Source: the human T2T-CHM13v2.0 reference genome, Homo sapiens
Assembly: GCF_009914755.1 (NCBI RefSeq)
Contig: NC_060926.1
Strand: one strand, 5' to 3'
DNA length: 64,000 nt
Part shown: positions 27,777-42,943 of the stretch, one piece after another
How the letters are laid out: each line of letters starts with the position of its first letter
Numbering within the stretch: position 1 is the first letter of the stretch
The notes under the pieces: generated by a model
Databases searched by the model: none
What the model saw: only the letters and a program-made list of their open reading frames with translations
What the model was told of the DNA's origin: nothing
Translations under genes and position numbers: made by a program

Positions 27777-29072
27777 TAGGAAGGAACTTCCCGAGACTGC
27801 AGAATTTATAAAGAATAGAGGTTTAATTGACTCACAGTTCAGCATGGCTGGGGAGACCTCAGGAAACTTACAATCATGGCGGAAGAGGAAGCAAATACAT
27901 CCTTCTTCATGTGGCAGCAGAAAGGAGAAGAATGAGAGCAGAGCGAAGGGAGAAGCCCCTTATAAAACCATCAGATCTTGTGAGAACTCACTATCATGAG
28001 AATAGCATGGGGGAACTGCTCCCATGATTCAATTACCTCCTACTGGGTCCTTCCCACCACATGTGGGGATTATGGGTACTACAAGATGAGATGAGATTTG
28101 GGTGGGGACACAGCCAAACCATGTCACATGGTGATGCCTCTGCTATCTGAACCTGTCCAAGGTCCCTAAGTGAAAGGATGAGGATCCCATTGTTTGCCTC
28201 CCACAACAGGCTAGGCCCAGATGAGGATGATAGAATTACAGTGAAGGAGGAGGAGCCCAGTTCTCCCATTTGCCACCCACAGTACAGCTTCTGTAGCATC
28301 CAGGTTTGTGTGTCTGTCAAGTCTGTTTGGACCTATGGGTTAAAGAGCAGCACTTAGATAACAACTGGTTTGTTCTCTCTGTCTGTCTTCTTACCCCCTC
28401 TCTCTCAATCAATCATCTATCTCCCTACCCATCACCTATCTTTTTCCATCTATTTATCTATACATGGGCACATGCATGTAAACATAGATAAGTATGTATT
28501 TTGGAAAGTTTTACTTGCAAAGGAATCCTACATTGGGTTCCCCCTAAAGCATATGGCATGTCTTGTGCATATCTGCACGTTCCCTGGAGCAAAATACGTT
28601 CCTTCTAAGTTCTGTAATCTGTCTTGACTGCAAGAAGAGGATCCTGAGGCTTTTTTCCTAATAGTTTTTGTATTTAATGGTGATGATGATATTTAATTTA
28701 GCCCGCCATAGTAGTCTGCAAGGGATGTCCAGACTTTTTCTTCTGCCCCTGTTTTGGGGACTCCTGAGGGTCCCTTACCCACTGGTCTGGCTACTTCCAC
28801 AAACCGGTCATTAATCTTTGAGCAAATGAGAGTCAAACTGCATAATTGGCCTCATGTGGCTGTTAGCTATGGGCAGAGGACGGGGTAGAGGATGCTCCAG
28901 TATCACGGGTCTACTCTCTGGGTAACTGGCATTTGTGCCCCAGCCCCATATTGTACCTCTTGTGGACGTTAAAGGAAAGGCTCCTTTTATATATGAGCAA
29001 AGATGGGCCCCCTCAAGAAGCTGGTGGCTGGTTCTATAAGAATCCTTGTAGATACATTGTTTTGGTGAATTT

Positions 29073-29319
29073 ACCAAGGTTCTCAGCTTTGCGGATCAAG
29101 ACCATGGGTTTATAGCACTCAGCACTATTGACATTTGGGCCGGATAACTTTTCATTGGAGGAGGCTGTCTTACGCATTTTAGGGTGTTTAGTTGCTTCCC
29201 TGGCCTCTGCCCACTAAATGTCAATAGCACTTTCCTCTCAGTTGTGACAACCACAAATGTCTTTAGACATTACCAAATGTCCCCTGCAGGGCAAAATTGC
29301 CCCCAATTGAGAATCACTA
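29073..29319 (-). mobile_element. MER20 (hAT-Charlie)
   Basis: GCACTATTGACATTTGGGCCGGATAA...CAAATGTCCCCTGCAGGGCAAAATTGCCCCCAATTGAGAATCACT. Confidence 0.85.
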
Positions 29320-29365
29320 GGTTAGCACATGAGGAAGGCTCCAGCAATTTGGGGAGAGCTAATAA

Positions 29366-29682
<317 letters not shown>

Positions 29683-29864
29683 AAGAACAATTGTTATATA
29701 AAGTTGATATACTGGTTCAAGTCAGGAAAATTGTGTGTTATGTCACCTGGGACTCTCGGATAAGTTTGCTAACCTGTTATAGCTCTGGAGGCAAGCTCTG
29801 CAGAAAACCCAACTCTATGCTGGAACCAGAGTCACAAAAATAAATTTAGTAATTTCATGGTTTA

Positions 29865-30115
29865 ATCTGGAGCTCCAAGGAACACTAGTTTTGGAGTTAT
29901 TAATGGTAGTTCCATATAGAAAGAGTTCTTATGGTCAAATGAATTGGGGAAATATTTAATTAAAAACAAACAGATTTCTTTATTTCAGAATTTATCAGAG
30001 CCTTTAATATGCTAATATAGGCTAAAAGTCACCTAAAGAATTGACATTCAGTGTTGGCCAAATTTATTAAAACTTGTGGAGTAATTCTTGAGACTTTTCT
30101 TCACAATGTAAAGTG
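29865..30115. mobile_element. MER103C-like DNA transposon
   Basis: GGAACACTAGTT...ATGGTCAAATGAATTGGGGAAA...CAGAGCCTTTAATATGCTAAT. Confidence 0.7.
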
Positions 30116-30818
30116 TGGAAAAATGGTTTATTAGCAGCAGGTTGAGAAGGCTCGAGGCATCTATCCTTGCCACCTGTGGGCGGTGCTAGGATGGGCACTG
30201 TCATCCTGTGCTTGGGGACTTCCCTCTTCTTTGGCACTGTTGGCTGGTCCTGGCTACTCCCCAGCCCTACCCCAGCCTCCGGCTTCTTGGAGATGATGTT
30301 AATGTGTTTCATCAGATTGACATCTAATCTAAAGTGATTGCTTTTGCTTATCTCTGCACTGATTCAGCACTGGATTAATCTTACAGTTTTATTCTGAGAG
30401 AGCAAACTATGTTTCTTAACTTTTTTTATTCCCCCAATGGGAATATCAGTGGAGGCCCACGTGCTGACATCCTTTGGTTTATATTCCCAGGGTGTCCTGT
30501 GGACCACGGGAAGGACTGTTTGGGGCTCCTTCCCTCACTAGGGAAAGCAATGGCGGGCAGTTGGCACTTGGGAAATAGGTACTGAGTGACTGGATGGATA
30601 GTGGGTCACATCTGAAAGACAGGACCAGGATTTTATCTAATATGTATTTTGAGGTGTGGCACATCTGAAATCTATGCACATAATACATGCTATGTAGCCG
30701 TAAAACACACATGGCATTTGGATATGGCTTGGAAGAAATTTTCTCTCCCCCTTTTACAATCTAGATCAAACAAAATCATAACCCTCCTCCCCACAAAAAC
30801 AATTAAAATACCCAGACT

Positions 30819-31000
30819 GGCCAAGTGCCGTGGCTCTTGCCTGTAATCCTAGCACTTTGGGAGGCCAAGGCAGGAGGATCACTTGAGCCCAGGAGTTCGA
30901 AGTTACAGTGAGCTATGATCTAGCCACTGCACCTAGTCTGGGTGAGAGAAAAAGACCCTGTCTCCTAAAAACAACAACAACGACAACAACAACAAAATAA
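30819..31000 (+). mobile_element. Alu monomer (FRAM-like / left-right hybrid) with (CAA)n tail
   Basis: Left-arm-type 5' half joined to right-arm 3' half (CAGTGAGCTATGATC...CCACTGCAC). Confidence 0.85.
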
Positions 31001-31519
31001 CAATAGCAACAGAGCTCTCAGACTGTTAGTAGGGAGTTCACAGATGGCTTGTTTGCTGGAGTCCCTTCCCAGTGATCACAGTCCAAGCAGCAGAATCTAA
31101 AGTCACACAGAAACAGCATTCCTTGGCTGCATCCTTCTTCTCTGATGGAGCTATGGGCTGCTTGCCAGGGACAGAGAGGGAGGGAGAGGGGCTGGAGGGG
31201 TAAGAGGAACTGTAGCAAGGTGCAGTAGGTGAGGGAAACAAGACTTCAAAGCTGGGAGCAGCCACTGTCCCACCCTTCTGGGGAGTTACCATAAAGTGGA
31301 GGAGTTGAGATAAAGTGAAGTGAGTGCGCTATCATTTCCACCTATCGGTTGGTAAAAGAACTACCTGGGAGGTTGGCGGGGGCGGTAGGGGTGCCTGGCA
31401 TTGCTTCTAGGGATTTGAGGGCTCCCCAGTACCTCCCAGGGGTAGCTTGGGGAGTTTTCTGTGAGCGAGTGAGAGGAACAACATGCAGCCTCACAATACT
31501 GAAATCATAAAGTTCATGT

Positions 31520-31682
31520 CTGAGATGGAAATCTGTGACATTTGGGTAGGGAGTCTTAGATATGTCGCTGCCCACCAATGCCAGTAATTCATGGTCACTA
31601 AAAGCCAGTATCCCTCTTTGCCCACATTCACTTCCAAATGTTCCCCTGGGAGGGCAGTACTGTCCTCTGGTGAGACCCAAAC
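31520..31682 (-). mobile_element. MER117-like DNA transposon
   Basis: AATGCCAGTA...TTCCAAATGTTCCCCTGGGGAGGGCAGTACTGTCCTCTGGTGAGACC. Confidence 0.55.
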
Positions 31683-31867
31683 TTGATGTATTGATGCATG
31701 CATTTTTCAGTCATTCACCTAATTATTCATGCAGGTGATAGTTAAGGTCATTTCTGCCTGTCATGGCTGTGAATTTGGAAAGAAGATTGGTCTGCTTCTA
31801 ATATGCCAGCACTGTGCTTGGGGCTCAAGAGCGTTACTACTTTTAGTTCTCAGAAAAATCCTGAGCT

Positions 31868-32281
<414 letters not shown>

Positions 32282-32629
32282 TCAGCCTGCTAGTTAAGAG
32301 GCAGAGCTAGGATTCAGACCCATTTTCACAGTTCCACATTGCCTTGGGGAAGCAAGACACACCCACAGGGAGAGTTAAATAACAACACAAGTTACATAAC
32401 CCAGGACAATAGTGCAGGGGATGTCACCAGGCAGTGTCTGATGAAATGCTAGGTGGCATAGAAAAACTAGTTGTCAGGGGAGTGCAGAAGGTGGAATTCT
32501 CAGACGGATGGGGCTAGGTCAAGATTTGGTGGAAGACATGGGGGTGGTACCAGATCCTGAATGATAGATAGGGTCTGAGGGACAGAAAAGCAGCATAGTC
32601 CCAATTTAGTTTCTCAAAACACATAGATG

Positions 32630-32935
32630 AGAGTTGACATGGTGGCTCACGCCTGTAATCCCAGCGACTCTGGAGGCTGAGGCTGAGGCAGAAGGATCGC
32701 TTGAGACCAGTAGTTAGAGACCACCTGGGCAACAAGCTAAACCCCATCTCCACAAAAAAATTAAAAAATTAGCCAGGCATGGAGGTGTGCACCTGCAGTT
32801 CTAGCTACTTGGGAGGTTGAGGCAGGAGGCTTGTTTAAGCCTAGAAGTTCAAAGCTGCAGTGAGCTATGATCATGCCACTGTGCTGCAGCTGCGGTGATG
32901 GAGAGAGACCCTGACTCTTAAAAAAAAAAAAAAAA
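32630..32935 (+). mobile_element. AluJ
   Basis: J-type GCTGCAGTGAGCTATGATC; poly(A); degenerate TSD ACATAGATG/ACATAAATG. Confidence 0.92.
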
Positions 32936-32976
32936 GAAACATAAATGGGATTTGAGCATCTTTCTTTCTTATGAAC

Positions 32977-33549
32977 TACTGCTTTTCAAACTTTTGGGTC
33001 TCAAGATCAAAATTTAAGTTATTTAAATTTAAATATTTTAAAATTATTAAAGATTCCAGAGAGTTTCTGTTTATTTGGGGTACACCTATCCATATTTATC
33101 ACATTAAAATTGAAACAGATACATTTTTAAATTACTTAATTAAAAAATAAGCCCATTGCATGTTAACACAAAGGGCATACTTTTATGAAATAAATGACAC
33201 TTTCCAAAACAAAAGTCTTAGAGACATTGCACTGTTGTTTATTTTTTGCAAATCTCTTTTTAATTTTTTAATTTAATTTAGTTTTTATTATTCTTTAAGT
33301 TCTAGGGTCCATGTGCATCTCTGTGATGCCTGGCTTCATAGGAGTCAGCTGGATTCTTTTATTTGCTTCTGCATTCAGGCTATTGTCTTATCACATGTCA
33401 TGTAGCCTCTGGACTCTCCTGAGAGTAAGAGAGTGAAAGTGACAAAAAAAGCGTTAGTATTATTGTAAGACTAATTATGACCTTGCATACCAACTGAAAA
33501 GGCCGCAGGAACCTCCAGAGGTTCCCAGACCACACTTTGGGAACCACTG
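32977..33549 (-). mobile_element. Charlie1b-like hAT transposon
   Basis: CAGCTGGATTC...TGCTTCTGCATTCA...CACATGTCATGTAGCCTCTGGA; terminus GACCACACTTTGGGAACCACTG. Confidence 0.85.
33258..33316 (-). mobile_element. Ultra-short L1PA 3' end inserted in Charlie1b
   Basis: T-rich tail plus TTATTCTTTAAGTTCTAGGGTCCATGTGC; TSD ATCTCT at 33252-33257 and 33317-33322. Confidence 0.75.
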
Positions 33550-33855
33550 CTTACATTTAAACCTAGGCAGAAGAGGATGCTGAACTTGGGCAGAAACTCA
33601 GGTCTTGGATCTCCCTTCGGAAATGGGAAGATGAGGAAAAGCAGATAGGTCACCATCCTTTTACTTCCTGGAGCCATTGTGTGGCCCATCTCTCTGCGTC
33701 TGAGTGTACTAAGCAGGTGTGATTCAGGAGTGGTGACAGATTTGGCCCATTTCCACTTGGAGTCCTAATCTCACCTTGTATATGTAACAAAAGCACCTCA
33801 TGGCTTTCTTCATAGAAACCTAGGAATGCATTGTAGTCAGTTAAAAGATAAGTTA

Positions 33856-34154
<299 letters not shown>

Positions 34155-34625
34155 AAAAGATAAGTTAACAGTGTATTTGTTCTCTGTTTGCTAACTGTGG
34201 AAAATAGAATATGGGAGGCCACTTCTGCCCTCCTGGGACTTTCAGTCCACATGGTTTACACGTGGTTATTCTTCCCCTAGAGATTCTTGTAGAAAATGCC
34301 GTGACTCCTCCCTGTTAAAATATGCAAGGGAGGAGGAGAGGCCCCTATGAGCCAGCATCCAGTTCACATGTGTTTCCAAGGTAGTCATTAGAGGGTGCCT
34401 GTAATAAGCCTCAGGAGGCTTCCAGGGCCTGAGGTTGAAGTGTTAATTTTCAACACAGATGTGCTTCTAGGCTCCTGGACATTAGGTTAAGTGTGTCCTG
34501 CTTGGAGCTGATCTGGGACGGTGTTGCCCTTTTTTCTAACCTGTTTGCCCTGCTAATAGTCACGATTTACCGTTCCTTCTGCCCAGTGTGGATTCTCTGC
34601 TACTCAGGACAGCTCACTGGTTTAA

Positions 34626-34943
<318 letters not shown>

Positions 34944-35495
34944 CAATACATGTTCTTTTAATTTGTTCATTCTGTGATGACATAGTCTGTTCTTACATTC
35001 TTTGAGGAGACCCTGCTTTCAGCTCTCATTTTGAGCAGCTAGCAGTCTAGAACCTCCACTTTTCACTTCCTGGCTTCAGACTCTGGGCAGTGTGCTGGCA
35101 TCTTGCTATATGCAGGCACACCTTGTTTTATTGCACTTCGCAGATGTTGTGCTTTTTACAGATTGGAAGTTTGTGGCAAGCCTGTGTCAGTCAAGCCTAT
35201 GGCACCATTTTTCTAATAGCATATGTTCACTTCATGTCTCTGTGTCACATTTTGGTCATTTCTGCAATATTTCAAACTTTTTGGTACAATTACGTTTGTT
35301 TGATGTTACTATTATAACTGTTTTGGAGTGGCGTGAATTGCCCCCATATAAGATGGTGAACTTAATTGATAAATGTTGTGTGTGTCCTTACTGCTCCTCC
35401 AACTAGCCATTTCCCTGTCTCTCTCCCTCTCCTTCAGCCTCTCTAATTCTCTGAGACAAAATGATATTGAAATCAGGCCACTTAATAACCCTACA

Positions 35496-37120
<1,625 letters not shown>

Positions 37121-37879
37121 CGGATGAGGAGTTGCTTCTTAGGGAAAAACAAAGAAAGTGGTTTCTTGAGATAGAATCTATTCCTGGTGAAGATTCTGTG
37201 AATAACGTTGAAATGACAACAAAGGATTTAGAATATTACATTCACTGATAAAGCAGCAGCAAGGTTTGAGAGGATTGACTCCAATTTTGACAGAAAATGC
37301 CATCAAACAGTGTCACATGCTACAGAGAAATCTTTTGTGAAAGGAAGAGTCCATTATGTGGCAAACTTCATTGTCTTATTTTAAGAAATTGGCATAGCAA
37401 TTTCTTGCTGTGGGGTTGCCACAGCCACCCTGACCTTCAGCAATCACTACCCTGATCAGTCAGCAGCTGTCAACATCGAGGCACGATTCCCCAGCAGCAA
37501 AAAGATTACAACGTGTGCTAAAGGCTCAGATGGTCATTAGCATTTTTCTTAGCAATAAAGCACTTTTCAATTAAAGTATGTACATTTTTAGACATAATTA
37601 CATCGTACACACAATAGACTACATATAGTGTAAACATAAATTTACGTACACTGGGAAACAAAATATTTTTATGACTTGCTTTATTATAGTTATCTGGAAC
37701 TGAACCTTCAATATCTCTGATGTATACCTGTACTTTTGATTCTCAGGATACATTCTTCTAAAAAATATTGCTGATTTAAGGGGTCAGATATGTCCTGGGA
37801 GCCTGTGGCTACTGATCCTATTGCCTCGGTCATCAGCCCTCCTGTTTTCCTAGGTGACATAGAGGGCTTGTAGGGTGGC

Positions 37880-38010
37880 TGTAGGGTGGTGGAAAAAGAA
37901 GCAGAACTGAATTCCAGGGCTGACTTTGCTGCTTGTTAGCTGGGTGACCTTGGGAAAACCACTTAACCTTTCTGGCCCTTACTTTCCTCATGGGAAATAA
38001 GATTAAAAAT
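37880..38010 (+). mobile_element. MIR
   Basis: TTAGCTGGGTGACCTTGGGAAAACCACTTAACCTTTCTG. Confidence 0.65.
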
Positions 38011-38669
38011 GTATGCGAAGGCTTAATATTGACAAGCTCTATTGAGTTTGAGATTTGACCTTAGAGTTTTTATTAATAGACCTGCCATTTGCTAAGCAAA
38101 TTTTCTAGATAAAGATGTATACCTGGATGCATGTCATAGTACAGTCCCTGTTTGCCCAAGGTGAAGTTAATTTTATGTGATGGGGCAGAGTTAATCCTTG
38201 TTAGGCAAATGATGCAGTCTTCTCCGGAGTAGAAAACTGTGTAGACAAGAACAGCTTACCTACCTCTTAAGGCCATAGTTATTTATTTAGCATAAACCAA
38301 ATACATGGTGATAAGGGAGATACAGTAAGATCTTTTGGAAGTCTTTTTATGGAAACTGATGTGTATTGAAGGTAGAAGACAAGCAATGGCGGAATGTTGT
38401 GTATGTCCAACCAGTGCACAAAAGTGGGAGTGGGTACCTCTAATGGGAGAGATCACTGGGGGCTTCCCGGAGGACGGGGTTCAAACTCTGCCTAAAGGAT
38501 AAGGATAAGAGGATTTGGACTAGGAGGGAGGGCATTCCAGGTAGCTTAGAGGATTTGACCAAGCTTTTGTACAACATCTGTCATTCCACCCAGATGTTCT
38601 GCTGGCCATCATTTGCTCCCTGATGCCTTTAGTTTCTTGCCATTGCATTGGTTGGACTCTGCTTCTTGA

Positions 38670-38993
<324 letters not shown>

Positions 38994-39619
38994 AGGGCAT
39001 GTATTTTTACAGTAAACTCTGGGAAGCCAAGATGGAAAATAAAGCCCTTACTGGCTTAAACCAGGCTGAGGGAGATGGTCTCTTGAGTAAACACCATGCC
39101 TCGCTTTCTGTTTAAGCGTATCTTTTCTTTTCAAGCCTGCTCCTTCTGTGTAAGTGTATTTTTCAAAGTGTGACTCCACATCCTTTCAGAAAGTCCTTCG
39201 TATCCCATCAAGGGAGTAAGGTGATGGGTGAGAAGCTACTCTAAATAAATTAAGGGTAGTATCTGTTTTGGCTTCAAAGGGCAAAGGATCAAGGTTAGGG
39301 CAAGTAGAAATTTCTCCCTCTTGATTTTAAGTGAAATTTTTTATTTTTATTTTTATAAGACCCTAATTGCCTGCTTCATACCTAGAAGGCCAGAAACATT
39401 CCTGGATGTTGGACTAGCAAGCCAGAGAACAATCTAAGCAATGCCATTTCACTGGCCCCTTCTTCACCAGAACCCTTCCCCCAATAGTCCCATGCCCAAA
39501 CACACGCACTCTTCACAGTATCCTCTTGTGCATGCTGCTTGCTTTGAGGGTGGTGCAAGTGCTATTGGGTGTCATTTTATATTACAGTTGTAATGCCCAC
39601 GTGCCGCTGGAATCTTTGT

Positions 39620-40000
39620 ATCTTAGTCACAGACTTCTAGAGTGTCTGAGCTGGAAGGAACCTTCATTCTCAGCCCCTTGTTTTACAGATGGGGAACTGA
39701 AAGCCCCCAGGTTGCCTGACTGTAAGTTGAGGTCTGTCTTCACCAGTTCATGGTTTGTTTTCAGTATCTGAGCAATAACAGCTGCTAATTATTGAGGCCC
39801 TGTGCTGAGTGCTTTTCATGCATCATGTCACTTATTTTTCATAACAACTGTATGAGGAAGGTATGACCATCATCTCTCCTTTAAGGTTAGAGAGGTTGAG
39901 TAATGTGTTTAGAGTTGGGTGTTGGAGCTGGGTGTTAGCAAAGATTTGAACTCAGTATACGGTGGCACTGGGGCACTGGCTCCTAACTGGTAGGCTGTGC
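39620..40000 (-). mobile_element. Two MIR fragments
   Basis: TTTTACAGATGGGGAACTGAAA; AATAACAGCTGCTAATTATTGAG...CATAACAACTGTATGAGGAAGGTA. Confidence 0.6.
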
Positions 40001-41213
40001 TGCACTGTGTTTGCCAAGTGAGGCTGCCTCTATTCCCACTTCTTCCCTCACTTCCCATCGTCTTTCTTTTTCACTGCCCCACCAGGGATCTTGCTCTCAA
40101 CTTGCCAAGGTAGGATTCCGACCATGGCTACCATGATGACTTGGAAGCCTGGACTCCAAAGGAAGGAGTTCCAAAGCCTTGATCAATGGAACAGAGGCAT
40201 TGTCCTTGGGACCCGAAGGAGCTGATACCACGTCACTTATACCAGGATCCTTGCTGGTTAATTCACATAGGGCGGTGGAGGACACAGTGCAGTCTCTGTT
40301 TGCACTGGCTTATGGGAGACTGAGCAAGATAGAGTAGAGAGAAAGTAGATGAAAGGTGCCATGAAAGCCATCCTCAGCTCAAGCCTGTGTCTTCTTAGCA
40401 GGGGTCATTGCATCCTCTTTATTATCAAAGGGTGTGATCCTAATACGCTTATGAGACAGCCAGTGTAGATGTGATATCAAGCCAGCTCGGCCCTCCCTGG
40501 AGCCTCCATCATATGCATCTATGTGTCCCCCTTCATTACTTTCCGATTCCTTTTCCCCCTCCTACAGCAATAGCCTGAAGGATATTTTTAGGCCCCAGTG
40601 AGGCTGTGATCACTGACCCTTGGCTTCTGAAAATTTTTACACCGTTTTGAAGGGATGTGCATACTCAGGAATACAGCTATTTTTGAATCTGTACTAGAGA
40701 TTCTAGGCTGTATCCTCCATGGGGGCTTATTTTTTAAGTTTGAGCAGAAAATATTCCAAGGGACATTGGTAGTGTAATGGATGATGAGCCTGTATGCTGA
40801 TGCTGATTAGGCCAGAGTGGGTCCAGACTGCTCTGGCCATCCTTGACCGGAGGAAGAACTAGTACGTCCACCTTGCCTCAAGGGGAGCAGATCTGTCAAT
40901 GGCTCAAAGCCTGGAGTGCAGTTCCTACTAGCTCCACCTGGAGTCTTAAAAGAGGAACAGATCAGCATGGAGGAGATCTTTGGGTCCTGGGCATTTTGCA
41001 TTTTTTAAGGGTATAGAGTCATACTTTTATAGTTCAACAACATTGACAAGAATGGATGTTTTGAGTCCGTTGGTTAACCTTGGATTTGAAAAGAGGAAGA
41101 AAAACAGAAACCACACATTAGCAGGGCAGCACTGAGGTTACAGTCATGTTACCAAAGACGCCAGGCTTGAAGAGCCGTTTGGGGACAACAGAGCACAACA
41201 CTGGAAAAATAAA

Positions 41214-41489
41214 TTTTTTAGAGACAGGGTTCCGCTCTGTCACCCAGACTTGAGTGCAGTGGTGCTCACTGTAACCTCAAGTTTTTGGGCTCAAACAACC
41301 CTCCCATCTCAGCCTCCTGGGTAGCTAGGATTACAGGTGTGGGCCACCATACCCAGCTAATTTTTTATTTTTTATTTTTGTAGAGATGGAGTCTTGCTGT
41401 GTTGCCCAGGCTGGTCTCAAACTCCTGGCCTCAAGTGATCCTCCTACCTTGGCCTCCCAAAGCTCTGGGATTACAACTGTGAGCCACCA
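41214..41489 (-). mobile_element. AluJ missing its extreme 5' end
   Basis: Reverse Alu with internal deletion; abuts the next Alu. Confidence 0.92.
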
Positions 41490-41496
41490 GTTGTAA

Positions 41497-41798
41497 TTTT
41501 TTTTTTTTTTTTTTCCCGAGACAGAGTCTCACCCTGTTGCCCAGGCTCGAGTACAGTGGCACAATCTCGGCTCACTGCGACTTCTGCCTCCTGGGTTCAG
41601 GCAATTCTTGTGCCTCAGCCACCTTAGTAGGTGGGATTACAGGTGTGCACCACCACACCTGGCTAATTTTTGTATTTTTAGTACAGACAGGGTTTCACCC
41701 CATTGGCCAGGCTGGTCTCAAACTCCTGGCCTTAAGCTATCTACCCGCCTCAGCCTCCCAAAGTGCTAGGATTACAGGTGTGAGCTACCATGCCTGGC
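41497..41798 (-). mobile_element. Alu (Sz/Jb-like), head-to-tail with the preceding Alu
   Basis: T-tail plus full dimer; AGCACAACA repeated at 41192 and 41800 around the pair. Confidence 0.93.
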
Positions 41799-42657
41799 AA
41801 GCACAACATTTTTAATTTTCAAGAGCTACCAGTTTCTTTTCTGTCTCTGAAGAGACACTTCTCCCAAGGAAATTTCCATTAAAAAATTAATTTTGTGTGT
41901 CTGCCCGACAGATCATGGGAGACAGAGTGCTGTTATTTGTAAAACATTTTTAAAAATACATTTTTACCTTTATGGAGCAATGATATTCCTGGATTTATCT
42001 AAAAGGAAAATCTGACTGGTGTGGAAGAACAAGTGGAAGCTGTTAATGAAAATTTTGAAGTGAAGGAAATAGGAATGTGGGAATAGTGGGAGCCTGGGTG
42101 TTCTCTAACCAGGGAGAACTCTCAGGCAGAAAGTGGCTACTGTGGACAGTTTAGAGACTGGTGAGTTTAGGGCCTGTTGATTTCTGTTATTAGTTAGCAT
42201 TGGCCTTTGTGTTTAGAGAGGAAGATGGTTATTACAGCTAGTGTCAGGAGAGCAAGGGGTGTCTTAATGGAGTTATGCACAGTTTTTGCCTATGACAACT
42301 CAGCCTCTTGGGCTCAGAGCATTCACTTAGACAGAGCAGCTCCATTCCTTGTGGTTTTCTGGTCAGTATTTTAGGACCATCAGTTCTGTGGCTCATGCAG
42401 GTGTGATGTATAAATGTCTGGCCTGGGAGAGATGCCAAAAAAGAAGTGGGGAGATGGAGTAAAAATCATTTGTCTGGAGGTTTTTCATTTACTGAGTCTC
42501 TTCAGGAAACTGGGAGAAGTTGAGTTTCCTTCCTTAATTCTCAAGTTCATTTTAGACATGAGAGAAAGAGACTCAGAGACATTAAGTGTCTTGGATTTTG
42601 TAGTTACTAATGGGGAAACCTAAGCCTGAAAACCAAGAATTTTCTGAATTCCTGGAA

Positions 42658-42943
42658 TTTTTTTTTTTTTTTTTTTTTTTGAGGCAGGGTCTCACTCTGT
42701 TGCCCAGGAAGAAGTGCAGTGGTGCAAACATTGCTCCCTGCAGACTTGACCTCCTAGGCTCAAGTGATGCTCCTACCTCAGCCTCCCAAGTAGCTGGGAC
42801 CATGGGTGTGTGCCACCACACCTGGCTAGAATTTTTTGTAGAGACAAGGTCTCACCGTGTTACCCAGGCTGGTCTTGAACTCCTGGGCTCAAGGTATCCT
42901 CCCAAAGTGCTAGGTTTACAGGCATGAACCAGTGTACCTGGCC
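42658..42943 (-). mobile_element. AluJ
   Basis: T23 tail; TSD AATTCCTGGA. Confidence 0.95.

Larger units (their letters stand above)
27230..28126 (-). mobile_element. THE1 (THE1C/D-like) solo LTR interrupted by an Alu and purine tract
   Basis: TGTATTACTTCGTTCTCATGCTGCTAT...GGGGACACAGCCAAACCATGTCA; perfect 5-bp TSD CATGG. Confidence 0.93.

Noticed and set aside
27383-27845. Arg/Glu/Phe-rich ORFs (likewise 55352-55826)
   Set aside because: Translations of purine/pyrimidine microsatellites and Alu.
33020-33035. 16-bp palindrome TATTTAAATTTAAATA
   Set aside because: Low-complexity AT sequence in which palindromes arise readily by chance.
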